IMG/VR virus record: IMGVR_UViG_3300001869_000189
Coordinates: 1-40,609 of that record
Direction: 5' to 3' (one strand)
Length of the DNA: 40,609 nucleotides
Source: a virus
Taxonomy: Duplodnaviria > Caudoviricetes
Shown: positions 18,821-27,153 of the stretch, in pieces
How positions within the stretch are numbered: position 1 is the first letter of the stretch
Layout: the number at the start of each line of letters is the position of its first letter
Program-made: the position numbers and the translations under genes
The notes under the pieces: generated by a model
The model's input: only the letters and a program-made list of their open reading frames with translations
Told to the model about the DNA's origin: nothing
The model's database searches: none

Positions 18821-19222
18821 TTATGCAAATAGGCTATTTATTTCAGAATAAATTTTATCTGTGTTTTTTCCAGTCTTCAAAGAAATCATAAATTCCCTGT
18901 CATTATACTTAATAGTAATATATAACTCCGATTGATTTTTCTTAGATGCACCTAAAGCTCCTCCAACTAAAAGTCCAATACCACCAGTAAGCACACCTCC
19001 TATCAATGCTCCTGCAACAGTTTTTCCAGCAGAACGGGATCCACTTTTTTCAAAATCAACCGAAATAATATCTTTGATTTCAATTGTTATTGACTTTGTA
19101 GTCGACCAGGTACTTTTTGGTCTAAAATAAATAGATTGAAAATCCTTATTTGTAGACAATATTAATTTTTCAGGTTTGTTTAATAACGGATGACCACCTA
19201 AATATTCAATTTCATATGCCAT
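18821..19222 (-). CDS. Moron-like membrane protein with glycine-zipper segment
   Basis: Likely start MAYEIEY at 19222 (133 aa); GKTVAGALIGGVLTGGIGLLVGGALG; AT-rich; own promoter element. Confidence 0.7.
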   Translation of the reverse strand: MAYEIEYLGGHPLLNKPEKLILSTNKDFQSIYFRPKSTWSTTKSITIEIKDIISVDFEKSGSRSAGKTVAGALIGGVLTGGIGLLVGGALGASKKNQSELYITIKYNDREFMISLKTGKNTDKIYSEINSLFA

Positions 19223-19248
19223 AATATCTATTTTAAAATTAAGTTGCA

Positions 19249-19256
19249 CAAAGATA
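19249..19256 (-). promoter_or_regulatory. -7 promoter element for the moron gene
   Basis: Minus strand TATCTTTG matches TAnnTTTG exactly. Confidence 0.55.
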
Positions 19257-19272
19257 CATAATATCTTAACAT

Positions 19273-19300
19273 AAAAATCCCCGAACCATAGCCCAGGGAA
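19273..19300 (-). terminator. Probable terminator of the DUF932/ArdC-like operon
   Basis: Minus strand TCCCTGGGC-TATG-GTTCGGGGA (9 bp with G-U pairs) followed by TTTTT. Confidence 0.5.
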
Positions 19301-19460
19301 TAAAACTCTATAAATTATTCATTTTCAACTCTGCCCTTTATGGGCGTTTATCCGCCTTTTGCTACTTTTGGCGGGACAAAAGTAGTCGAAAAACAGTGCT
19401 TCACCCCTCCAAATTAGAGCAGTGAAGCCACTTTTAAGCCGTTTTAAGGCACTTTATTTG

Positions 19461-20333
19461 CTAATTAAACAAATTGTATCGGTCGGTTAAAACCTCCATA
19501 AGAGCGAAATTTTGCGGGATTAGGTTCGGGATGTCGGTTTTCCCTGGCTTATATAATTCTGTCGCAATATTGTAAATATCCCACAAGCTAAAAACAGATG
19601 TTTCCTGGGCTTTTTCCAAATAATCTTGTGTAAATTGGGAAATTTGGCTTTGTGTCAATGGGTAGGTTTTAACCTCATTTCTCAAAATTGAATTATCGCA
19701 GTCATGCGCCACCCGTAACGATGTCAGTAATCCAATAAGCTGGTAAACGTCATTTTGTGTACAATTGATTTCTTTCATTTTCTGAAGAATACGCAAATCA
19801 TTTTCCCTGTATTCGAAAAAGTTAGACATCCAATTTCCCACAGATTCAAAAAGCTGTTCATCCGTAATCTTATCAGCTCCGTAATTCGATGCGATGCGCT
19901 CCTTGTTTAAAATACACTGATTATGGCAAATTTTCACGCACGGACCAAAAGCAATTTGTATGCCTTCCTGATGATAGGCAATAACGATGTTCGATGTCAT
20001 TTCGGGCGTTTCTCGGTCGTTTATCCTGATAGTTGTATAAACACGTCTAAGGATGTGTGCTTCAACTGAATTTATACCGTGGATTGCTTCCACCTGTGGG
20101 AGAACTACAACACCCGGGTTTTGCCGGCTGTTATTTTTGGCTGCAAATATTTCCTCAATATTATAATTAAGTCCGCTATTCCGGCAAATATCCGCTATCC
20201 TATTGATAACCTGATAATGATATACACCCCTTAAAGGATTTCCGTAAATATCATTTTCTTTGTGCGTTTTCCGTAAAGTTTCAAGGTCTAAAACTTCGAT
20301 ATTATTTTTTTGAAAATCAAATATTGTATTCAT
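19461..20333 (-). CDS. DUF932-like protein of mobile elements
   Basis: 290 aa; QIAFGPCVKICHNQC and SLWDIYNIATE resemble DUF932 / LGT_TIGR03299-type motifs. Confidence 0.65.
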   Translation of the reverse strand: MNTIFDFQKNNIEVLDLETLRKTHKENDIYGNPLRGVYHYQVINRIADICRNSGLNYNIEEIFAAKNNSRQNPGVVVLPQVEAIHGINSVEAHILRRVYTTIRINDRETPEMTSNIVIAYHQEGIQIAFGPCVKICHNQCILNKERIASNYGADKITDEQLFESVGNWMSNFFEYRENDLRILQKMKEINCTQNDVYQLIGLLTSLRVAHDCDNSILRNEVKTYPLTQSQISQFTQDYLEKAQETSVFSLWDIYNIATELYKPGKTDIPNLIPQNFALMEVLTDRYNLFN

Positions 20334-20335
20334 GG

Positions 20336-20668
20336 CTATTTATTGTTATTAGAGTTATAAACTTGTAAATCAGAAAAAAGAGCAACTAACGGAAAGAATT
20401 TAATTTCTTTTTCCTTTCCGTTTTCGGTGATGGTTTTTGTGGTTTTACTTCCCCACAAATAAAATGCTTTTTGCCCTCGCTTAACTCGCATTCCTAACCG
20501 TTCCCACTGCTCGAAAGTTTTAAACTCCTGATGTCCTTGTTCCCCGTAAATAGCTTTTAATCCTTCGTTTATAGTTTTGATGTTGCCGTTGGTTTTTAAT
20601 TCGGCTAGCGGCTTGGATATTAGTTTTAATTCCGTGCGCTTTGCTTGGATATTCGATGTATTATTCAT
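20336..20668 (-). CDS. ArdC N-terminal-like ssDNA-binding domain protein
   Basis: Likely start MNNTSNIQ at 20668 (110 aa); FKTFEQWERLGMRVKRGQKA...FFPLVALFSDLQV matches the ArdC-N (DUF1738) signature; no metalloprotease domain. Confidence 0.75.
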   Translation of the reverse strand: MNNTSNIQAKRTELKLISKPLAELKTNGNIKTINEGLKAIYGEQGHQEFKTFEQWERLGMRVKRGQKAFYLWGSKTTKTITENGKEKEIKFFPLVALFSDLQVYNSNNNK

Positions 20669-20711
20669 ACTTTTGTGTCGCTTTAAAAAATTAATTGTTC
20701 GCAATTGTTTT

Positions 20712-20743
20712 ACTCCCTCGTTGGTTGTCCCCAACGAGGGAGT
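20712..20743. repeat. Perfect 13-bp intergenic hairpin
   Basis: ACTCCCTCGTTGG-TTGTCC-CCAACGAGGGAGT; T tract follows on the plus strand only. Confidence 0.8.
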
Positions 20744-20750
20744 TTTTATT

Positions 20751-21206
20751 TTAGGCGATTTCCCGCATTTCCTTTTCAACTGCTGCAATAGCTTCCGAAA
20801 AATCAACTCCCCAAAGTTCAATTAATTTACCTATTGTTTTCGGGTTGTTACTTTCAAAAACTTCACCGTGTGCATCCCTGACAATGGCGGATGCTGTATC
20901 TCCGTCGTGCGAAATTGCAAAGTTTTCTACTCGCTTACGCTTTTCATTCAAAACGTCCCATTTTACCGTTAAACGGCTCAAAACTTCGCTTTTCCTTTTG
21001 ATGTCCTCAATACTTTGTACAGGTTTTTCCGTAATGGCTGCCGTTGGTTCTGGCTTCACTTCCTGGGTGATGGGTTCACTCTTTACATCTTCGGCGGAAG
21101 ATTTAAAGCTAATCACTTTAGCGGTTTTTTCTTTCGCTGTTGGTTCTGTGATTGTCATCGTTGGGATGACTTCTTGCACTTTGCGTGCTGTTGAATCATT
21201 TTTCAT
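20751..21206 (-). CDS. Hypothetical protein, first gene of the putative early-entry operon
   Basis: 151 aa; shares leader AACAATTAATTTTT(T)AAAGC with the next gene. Confidence 0.7.
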   Translation of the reverse strand: MKNDSTARKVQEVIPTMTITEPTAKEKTAKVISFKSSAEDVKSEPITQEVKPEPTAAITEKPVQSIEDIKRKSEVLSRLTVKWDVLNEKRKRVENFAISHDGDTASAIVRDAHGEVFESNNPKTIGKLIELWGVDFSEAIAAVEKEMREIA

Positions 21207-21346
21207 TTTGCTTTAAAAATTAATTGTTAATAATATGCGTGGTTGAAATTGTCCTTTCTCCCTTTCGCTCTGCTAAATTACTACATTTTAGCGACATACA
21301 CAAGTTTATATTATTGTATATCAGTGTTTTAAGTATTATAATAGGG

Positions 21347-21771
21347 AGGTAGTAAGTAAACATATTAAAAAACGCTGTTTATATTCTCCAATTGAAACGA
21401 AAAAAACTTTTTGAATTCAAAGGTCAAAAATCAAAAAACAATGAAATACAATGAATTTATATAACACAAATAAAAAACGAATCATCTATAAAGTTAAACT
21501 TTATTAATCGTAATACATTGAAATACAAATAAATAAACCACATAAACGCATTTATAAATAAAATATTTTTTTGCAGCTTGCCTACTACCTACTATATAAA
21601 AACAACTTCTTAAATATCAATACAATACATGCTAATATAAGGTAGTAAGCATTTTTTAATAGTAACAAGTAGTAACTATTTTAATATATGTTGTGTAATA
21701 TGGTTACTACTTTTATATATTTATAATTCAGTTAGTTGTAAACTAAAATAGTAAGGTAGTAAGGTAGTAAG
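21347..21771. repeat. Iteron-like AGGTAGTAAG repeats in AT-rich non-coding region (candidate origin)
   Basis: Exact copies at 21347, 21640, 21754, 21762; variants at 21581 (inverted), 21667 and 21703 (inverted). Confidence 0.55.
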
Positions 21772-22100
21772 CGAAAAACGTATTTTGCGCTCTTATTATA
21801 TCTTTTTCTTAATATTACATATAACATTATGATAATGTGTAATATAAGATAAATATAAAAGCAAAAGCAAATTATAAAAAAACATTTTTCAAAATTTGGA
21901 AATCTGATTTTGGTACCATTCAAAATAAAAAAAAATCGGAATCATAGATAAATGCTTTTTTTACACGGTATTACCAATAGTTTTCGGGGTGTTTTGCTGG
22001 CGTTTTTTGGGTGTTTTCCGCCTTTTAAAGTCTTATATTGCTGTAAATCAACAAAAACGGACTTCCCAAACCTTTATTTAAGGTTTAACACAGACAACTG

Positions 22101-22134
22101 ACCCCGCCCCGCCCTCTCGCTTACTTGTAATTAC
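22101..22134. other. Candidate cos / packaging site
   Basis: Isolated GC tract CCCCGCCCCGCCC (22102-22114) next to palindrome GTAATTAC, in the largest non-coding gap, downstream of terminase. Confidence 0.45.
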
Positions 22135-22323
22135 CGACCTCAAAAAACGCCTTATATGCTAACACATGTTAATATATAGGGGTAAAATTAACAAAAACGG
22201 GCGGTAATACGCACATTACGGTTAAAATTTTGGTATTCGCAAAATTATATCGGTAATGACCTATCAAATCCCTACAAAATGGATGAGCAAAGCGATTGAT
22301 TTTGGGATTACATTACATTACAT

Positions 22324-22352
22324 AAAAAAACCACTGACATTACGCCAGTGGT
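22324..22352 (-). terminator. Terminator after terminase large subunit
   Basis: Minus strand ACCACTGGC-GTAAT-GTCAGTGGT followed by a T tract. Confidence 0.8.
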
Positions 22353-22374
22353 CTACATGAATGGGAATAAGTAA

Positions 22375-24042
22375 TTACACAAATGAACTGATAAGCCCAC
22401 CACTGAATGAGTGTTCGTGCGGGAAGTTGTTCATGCCTATCCACAATGTGTCCCAGGCATCGGTGCCATCGGTACGGTTCTCCAGTAAGTCTTCTTCACT
22501 TTCGTCCAACTTCTCACCCCTCTTATCCTTCTTAAACCCATCAGGACCTTGGTAGATTCCTGTTTGCTCCATAGCTAGTATCAATGGTTCGTTGTTGTTC
22601 TTGTTGATCATAGGGAATAGTAATTGCTTGCCATCGAAGCTCTGACCTTTGAATGACATGTTGATCAGGTTGTGTTTCTCCATGTGGCCTACAGGTTTTC
22701 CAATATACACTGGCTTTACTATCCACTTATTAGCCTTGAATGTGTCAATGATAACGGCTGCAAAGTCCTTGTCATTGACGGCATAGTTACTGTTGAGTGC
22801 TGTTGAATCATAGTAGTATATTACCTCATGACACTTGTGTGGCTCATAGTACTTGCAGAAGTCGTTGACTAACTCTACCAGCTTACGATCATACTTAACA
22901 AAGAAAGATTTCAATGTCTTCATTCTAAGCCCTGATCGTTGTCCGCCTACTAACCAATTGATTTTACCATTGTAGTCGAATGCTACGCATATAGGTGCAT
23001 TCTTATCTACATCAGCATCCTGAAGGCATGTCATGTTCTTAGCCTTGCTAAAGTCATAGTCAAGGTTCTGAAGGTATGAGTTATCGAATGCCGTGTAATA
23101 GTGATCAGCTTCTTTCATGCAATTATAGAAGCCATCTTTAAGTAACCCTACCCGCTTGCAAAGTATTGAAGTCTGGAATACTAATGGTGGTAAGTCACGT
23201 TTCATTTGCTTGATATAATTTGGACCTAGCACCTGAAGGTTCTCAATTGAACTAAACACGTTATAATCAATTGCAATTTTTTGAAACTCAGCTAAACTTT
23301 TACAAAGCGATTTGTAGTAGTCGAAAATGTATTTCTTTGGTTGAATTCCTTTAGCATGGAACTCTTTCAATTTTTCAATTATGCGCCATTTTTCAAATAT
23401 AATTCCATCAATGTTAGCAATAAGTTCATTATCGCATTTATCTTCGAATTTCAGAAACCAACTGCCTTTTTTGGTAGTTGGCATGTCTGATATGATCATC
23501 ATGCTGTGGTGCCAAGGTAAATGGCCAAAATGAGCAGTTGTACCTCCGTTAGCTGGAATGGTTTCGTTATTCAGTTTTTCGAAGTCAATAAATTTAGCCT
23601 CATCAATAAGTAAAGAGTCAAATGTCATCGAATTGGATGATCCAGGAACATCCTGAGATATTATCGGCATAATGCTGCCATTATACCAACTGATTATATT
23701 TTCATACTTTGCCGGTTCGGTAAATGGTTTTTCGAAATTTAGCGATGGTTCAGGCCTACGACCAATTACATAGTGCATATTTCTTTTAAAGCCAATTTTT
23801 TCAAAGGCTTCAAGAGTTCCTGGCAATGTTCTTGTAAATGCTTGCTGAAATGTACTTGCAATAATGCCATGAGTTCCGCGTGGCATACGTTGAATGTTAC
23901 GTTGTTCGAAAGGTTGAGCAATTCCGTGGGATTTACCTAAACGCCGTCCACCAACTATGACTTCAGTATTGCATTGACGATGCATAACTTTTCGTTGTGC
24001 ATCATTGAAATATATTTGTTTAATTTGCTCTTTAGACGTCAT
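22375..24042 (-). CDS. terL: Terminase large subunit
   Basis: 555 aa; Walker A GGRRLGKS, Walker B LLIDEA, nuclease acidic motifs AFDYN and TDGTDAWD. Confidence 0.92.
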   Translation of the reverse strand: MTSKEQIKQIYFNDAQRKVMHRQCNTEVIVGGRRLGKSHGIAQPFEQRNIQRMPRGTHGIIASTFQQAFTRTLPGTLEAFEKIGFKRNMHYVIGRRPEPSLNFEKPFTEPAKYENIISWYNGSIMPIISQDVPGSSNSMTFDSLLIDEAKFIDFEKLNNETIPANGGTTAHFGHLPWHHSMMIISDMPTTKKGSWFLKFEDKCDNELIANIDGIIFEKWRIIEKLKEFHAKGIQPKKYIFDYYKSLCKSLAEFQKIAIDYNVFSSIENLQVLGPNYIKQMKRDLPPLVFQTSILCKRVGLLKDGFYNCMKEADHYYTAFDNSYLQNLDYDFSKAKNMTCLQDADVDKNAPICVAFDYNGKINWLVGGQRSGLRMKTLKSFFVKYDRKLVELVNDFCKYYEPHKCHEVIYYYDSTALNSNYAVNDKDFAAVIIDTFKANKWIVKPVYIGKPVGHMEKHNLINMSFKGQSFDGKQLLFPMINKNNNEPLILAMEQTGIYQGPDGFKKDKRGEKLDESEEDLLENRTDGTDAWDTLWIGMNNFPHEHSFSGGLISSFV

Positions 24043-24619
24043 ATTTTTCTAATTCACGAATGTCAATATCTTCATAGGTTACATCTTGAATGTCATCCAT
24101 ATATTTCTTTTTCATGGCTGCAATTTCTTCTCTGATATTGGGTCTGCGCTTAATTCCAATCACTGACGGATCATCTGTTGGCTCATAAGTCTGAACTACA
24201 ATATCTTCATATGGCGTGCGTTCGGCATCTTCTTTGTCGATTTGATTATATTTACCGTATTTGTCAGCAGCTTTAACCATGCTATCAGGATCATTCTTCA
24301 ATTCGGCCATGTTGTAGGCTTTTTGAATCATATTATTGAATTTGAAGCGGTGCCAGTCTTTTGATTGCCGGTTAATTGACCCTAGCAAATCTTTGATTAT
24401 TCGTAAATCTTCATAAGCAGCTGAGCGTTCAACGCCACTCATATTCATTATGTGTTGAATAATTTCCCTATCAGCTTTGGAAGGATATTCATTCATAAGT
24501 GTATAAGCTGACCTGATGCGAAGCAACCTGTCACGAACCTGAGGTGCCAGGTGAACCAGCTTGTCTGCATCGTCATAAAGGTGCTGTACACAAATATCGT
24601 ATGTTTGTTTTTTAGACAT
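24032..24619 (-). CDS. Probable terminase small subunit
   Basis: 195 aa with HTH-like segment (GVERSAAYEDL), overlapping the terL start. Confidence 0.6.
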   Translation of the reverse strand: MSKKQTYDICVQHLYDDADKLVHLAPQVRDRLLRIRSAYTLMNEYPSKADREIIQHIMNMSGVERSAAYEDLRIIKDLLGSINRQSKDWHRFKFNNMIQKAYNMAELKNDPDSMVKAADKYGKYNQIDKEDAERTPYEDIVVQTYEPTDDPSVIGIKRRPNIREEIAAMKKKYMDDIQDVTYEDIDIRELEKYDV

Positions 24620-24893
24620 TTTCGTTTAGATTTTGGTCTAACATGTATTTTTGAATCAATTCAATTCCAATAGGTGATCCAAGTTTAGCAAGATCTATTT
24701 CCTGCCGGCGTAGTTCCAGGACTGTTTCCATTTTTCCACGTCGATACGCCATTCCCATACAGCTCGTTTTTATATAGATAGATTCTCGCAATTCATCTTC
24801 ATCCATCTTCAGGAGAATAGCTATTTCGCTAATTGTAAGAAGTAATGAGGCGTATTCTTTTACTTTGTCAAGGTCTGATTGATTGTATTGCAT
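24612..24893 (-). CDS. Small HTH protein in packaging operon
   Basis: 93 aa; TISEIAILLKMDEDEL HTH-like segment and AYRRGK. Confidence 0.6.
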   Translation of the reverse strand: MQYNQSDLDKVKEYASLLLTISEIAILLKMDEDELRESIYIKTSCMGMAYRRGKMETVLELRRQEIDLAKLGSPIGIELIQKYMLDQNLNENV

Positions 24894-25345
24894 AGTATTC
24901 GGTCAATTTCTGTAGATAACTTGCTATAAATTTGCTGATCCGTTGTGACAATTCCGCTTTCTTCCCGATTTCCCCTGGTACAATTCTGGCTACCGGTGAT
25001 TGATACCTGGTACCTGGCAGATTCAATCAAAACTACCTTAGCATGTGTTTTTGAAAAATGGATATCGCTGAAAACATTTTCTGCAAACCTGACCAGCTGC
25101 TGTGTTTTTTGGATTGCTTTGAAATCGAGTATCAGGGTTACTTTCCCGATTAGTCCAATTTCCTTAAGCATCCATATTTTTCGAATAAATTCTTCAGAAA
25201 TGCTGAAGGTTACAATGGTGATATCGGATTTACCAATTTGCTCCAATGTCCATTCAATCAAATCGTACAGCTGTATGCCGGTATTTAAATAAGCCCCGAC
25301 ATAATCGGGGCCTATAGGTTTCAATATTGCATCAACTTTACTCAA
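24860..25345 (-). CDS. Phospholipase D-family (HKD-like) protein, probable nuclease
   Basis: 161 aa; HAKVVLIE...ITGSQNCT...REE = single HxK(x4)D/E...GSxN motif. Confidence 0.75.
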   Translation of the reverse strand: MSKVDAILKPIGPDYVGAYLNTGIQLYDLIEWTLEQIGKSDITIVTFSISEEFIRKIWMLKEIGLIGKVTLILDFKAIQKTQQLVRFAENVFSDIHFSKTHAKVVLIESARYQVSITGSQNCTRGNREESGIVTTDQQIYSKLSTEIDRILCNTINQTLTK

Positions 25346-26435
25346 CTGAATTCATTTCTTGATCAACAGTTTTGTTGTATAAATCCTCTACTACTTCCGT
25401 AGTGAGTTCTAATCCTCTGAAATTACCAAGTGATTGAATAGTTGAAAGAATCACATCCTTAGCATAGTTATTATTCAAAAGTGTTTTGATTTGACCAATA
25501 ACATTTTCTTCCGGAGTTTCTTCTTTACCTTCAGTAACTACCGGAGTTTCAACAACCGATTCCGGTTTATTTTCTTCGGTTACTTCGCCTGCAGGTGGAA
25601 TTACTTCTTCGCCTTCAGTAACTGCTGGAGTCTCAACAATCAGTTCCGTTTTCGTTTCTTCAGTAGTGGCAGTAACAATGCCCAGGGCTTTCAGTTCCGC
25701 CAACTGATCAGGTGCAAACGTGTCACCATTCAACACTAATTCGTTGTAACGAACCTGCATTTTATCCAGTAATTCAGTGGCTTTCTCTGATTTACCATCA
25801 GTAACTAAAACTGTGAGTTTAGTTTTGTTGTCGCTCAAGTATTTGCGGTTTGCCGATACACGTTTTGAGTCGATTTTTTCGCCTTCAGGGAGTTTTTTGT
25901 CAGCTACAATAATCACCGGTGCATTTGCATCGAATTTGTCGTAAGCATCCCAATTTGTCCGTAATGCTGAATCAAGGCTCAATAATTCAGTAAGGAAAGG
26001 AAGGCGATCGGCTGCCGTTCCTACCTCATTCAACACTTTCAAACGTTCCTGAATGGATCGCATGCGTGGATAGATTTCTAGGTTCTTGTCGTAGGCAGTT
26101 TGGATGGCAGCTGGTAGTGTGTCATGATCCGCACGTTTACCTTTGCTCTCACCGGATAAAATACTTTCAATACCAGCCATTGTTATTGGTAAGTTAGCTT
26201 CCAATGCTTGAACTTTTTCATTCACCGGTTCTGCAACTACTCTTTGGACTCCAATGATTTTTTCCAACTCGTAAACTACTTTCTCGAAATTCTTTTTTTG
26301 AAGTACATTTTTGTGCAAAATTCTGTTTCGATTGCCCTGAAGCATCAATGTTGCACCTTCTTCGATGGTGCTGGTTGTTGGATCAGCATTCAGCCAATCG
26401 TTCACTTTGTCTACATACGTTTTTTCATTATCCAT
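25338..26435 (-). CDS. Phage hypothetical protein, first gene of packaging operon
   Basis: 365 aa; GKRADHDTLP motif; acidic duplicated linker VETP(A/V)VTEG. Confidence 0.7.
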   Translation of the reverse strand: MDNEKTYVDKVNDWLNADPTTSTIEEGATLMLQGNRNRILHKNVLQKKNFEKVVYELEKIIGVQRVVAEPVNEKVQALEANLPITMAGIESILSGESKGKRADHDTLPAAIQTAYDKNLEIYPRMRSIQERLKVLNEVGTAADRLPFLTELLSLDSALRTNWDAYDKFDANAPVIIVADKKLPEGEKIDSKRVSANRKYLSDNKTKLTVLVTDGKSEKATELLDKMQVRYNELVLNGDTFAPDQLAELKALGIVTATTEETKTELIVETPAVTEGEEVIPPAGEVTEENKPESVVETPVVTEGKEETPEENVIGQIKTLLNNNYAKDVILSTIQSLGNFRGLELTTEVVEDLYNKTVDQEMNSVE

Positions 26436-26472
26436 TTTTTAAATGTTTATGGGTTTATTATTCTTAGCATTT

Positions 26473-26508
26473 CAAAAGTAATTACGGGTAATTACATTAA
26501 AAAAGACA
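26473..26508 (-). promoter_or_regulatory. Candidate phage late promoter, copy 4 (packaging operon)
   Basis: Minus strand TGTCTTTTTT-N18-TACTTTTG; contains two GTAATTAC palindromes. Confidence 0.72.
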
Positions 26509-26509
26509 C

Positions 26510-26542
26510 AAAAAACCCTCATAACTTGCATTATGAGGGTTT
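26510..26542 (-). terminator. Terminator after capsid / major tail operon
   Basis: AAACCCTCATAA-CTTGCA-TTATGAGGGTTT perfect 12-bp stem with T tract on the minus strand. Confidence 0.85.
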
Positions 26543-26563
26543 CAGAAATTTACGATTTAGCGG

Positions 26564-27118
26564 TTACACTCCCGGATTGATAATACCTTCTTCGGTCACA
26601 ATCTCACCTGTATAAAATAGACCAGGTGCAAGGTCAGTACAGGTAACGGTAAGGGTAGTTCCCATTTCGTCGGTAGCAGCTCCACCGAGTTTTTGGTCGA
26701 TAACCGTTTCAGTCTGATACATGTCATTACCGATAACGCGCCATTTGCCTTTTTTGGTTTGTACCAAATAAACTAAATCATCGTTATTAGCCATCATGCA
26801 GAAACCTGATGCATCTTCCTCTACTCCTGGGTGCTGTAAAACTACCTGATTTAGGAACGTTTTGCTTGGGCGAACTCCCTGGCTTTTTCCGTCTACCGGT
26901 GATTTATCAACGATAATGCCAACCCGTTGCCATTTTGCCAAAGCAGCAAGCGTAAAATCACCCACGTAAATCACCAGCTCACCCATGTTCGTCACATAAG
27001 CTGCCGGAAGTGTAGGCCATCCTACGATATCACGCTTTGCGATAGCGTAAACATCTTCTTTGATACCAGGAAGGTTTGTAGTCCCAACGGCCCAATCAAG
27101 GGCTTTATATTTGATCAT
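26564..27118 (-). CDS. Probable major tail (tube) protein
   Basis: 184 aa, beta-rich, co-transcribed with capsid; no other tube candidate of this size. Confidence 0.55.
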   Translation of the reverse strand: MIKYKALDWAVGTTNLPGIKEDVYAIAKRDIVGWPTLPAAYVTNMGELVIYVGDFTLAALAKWQRVGIIVDKSPVDGKSQGVRPSKTFLNQVVLQHPGVEEDASGFCMMANNDDLVYLVQTKKGKWRVIGNDMYQTETVIDQKLGGAATDEMGTTLTVTCTDLAPGLFYTGEIVTEEGIINPGV

Positions 27119-27153
27119 AATGTATTTCTCCTATATTTTTAGTGAATGAATAA

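Noticed and set aside
20669-20821. N-terminal extension of the ArdC-like ORF given in the track
   Set aside because: It overlaps the upstream gene and a hairpin; the ATG at 20668 has the shared leader. Over-long starts were also trimmed for 19249, 30880, 32745, 36204 and 40187.
21732-21923. 63-aa minus-strand ORF
   Set aside because: Low-complexity I/Y/F-rich translation of AT-rich DNA overlapping the repeats; probably spurious.
21240-22370. CRISPR array in the long non-coding region
   Set aside because: Repeats are 10 nt and irregularly spaced; no repeat-spacer periodicity.
19042-22605. General avoidance of all palindromic restriction sites
   Set aside because: CCGG occurs at about 20114, 20124 and 20181, so the depletion I can support is specific to GATC.
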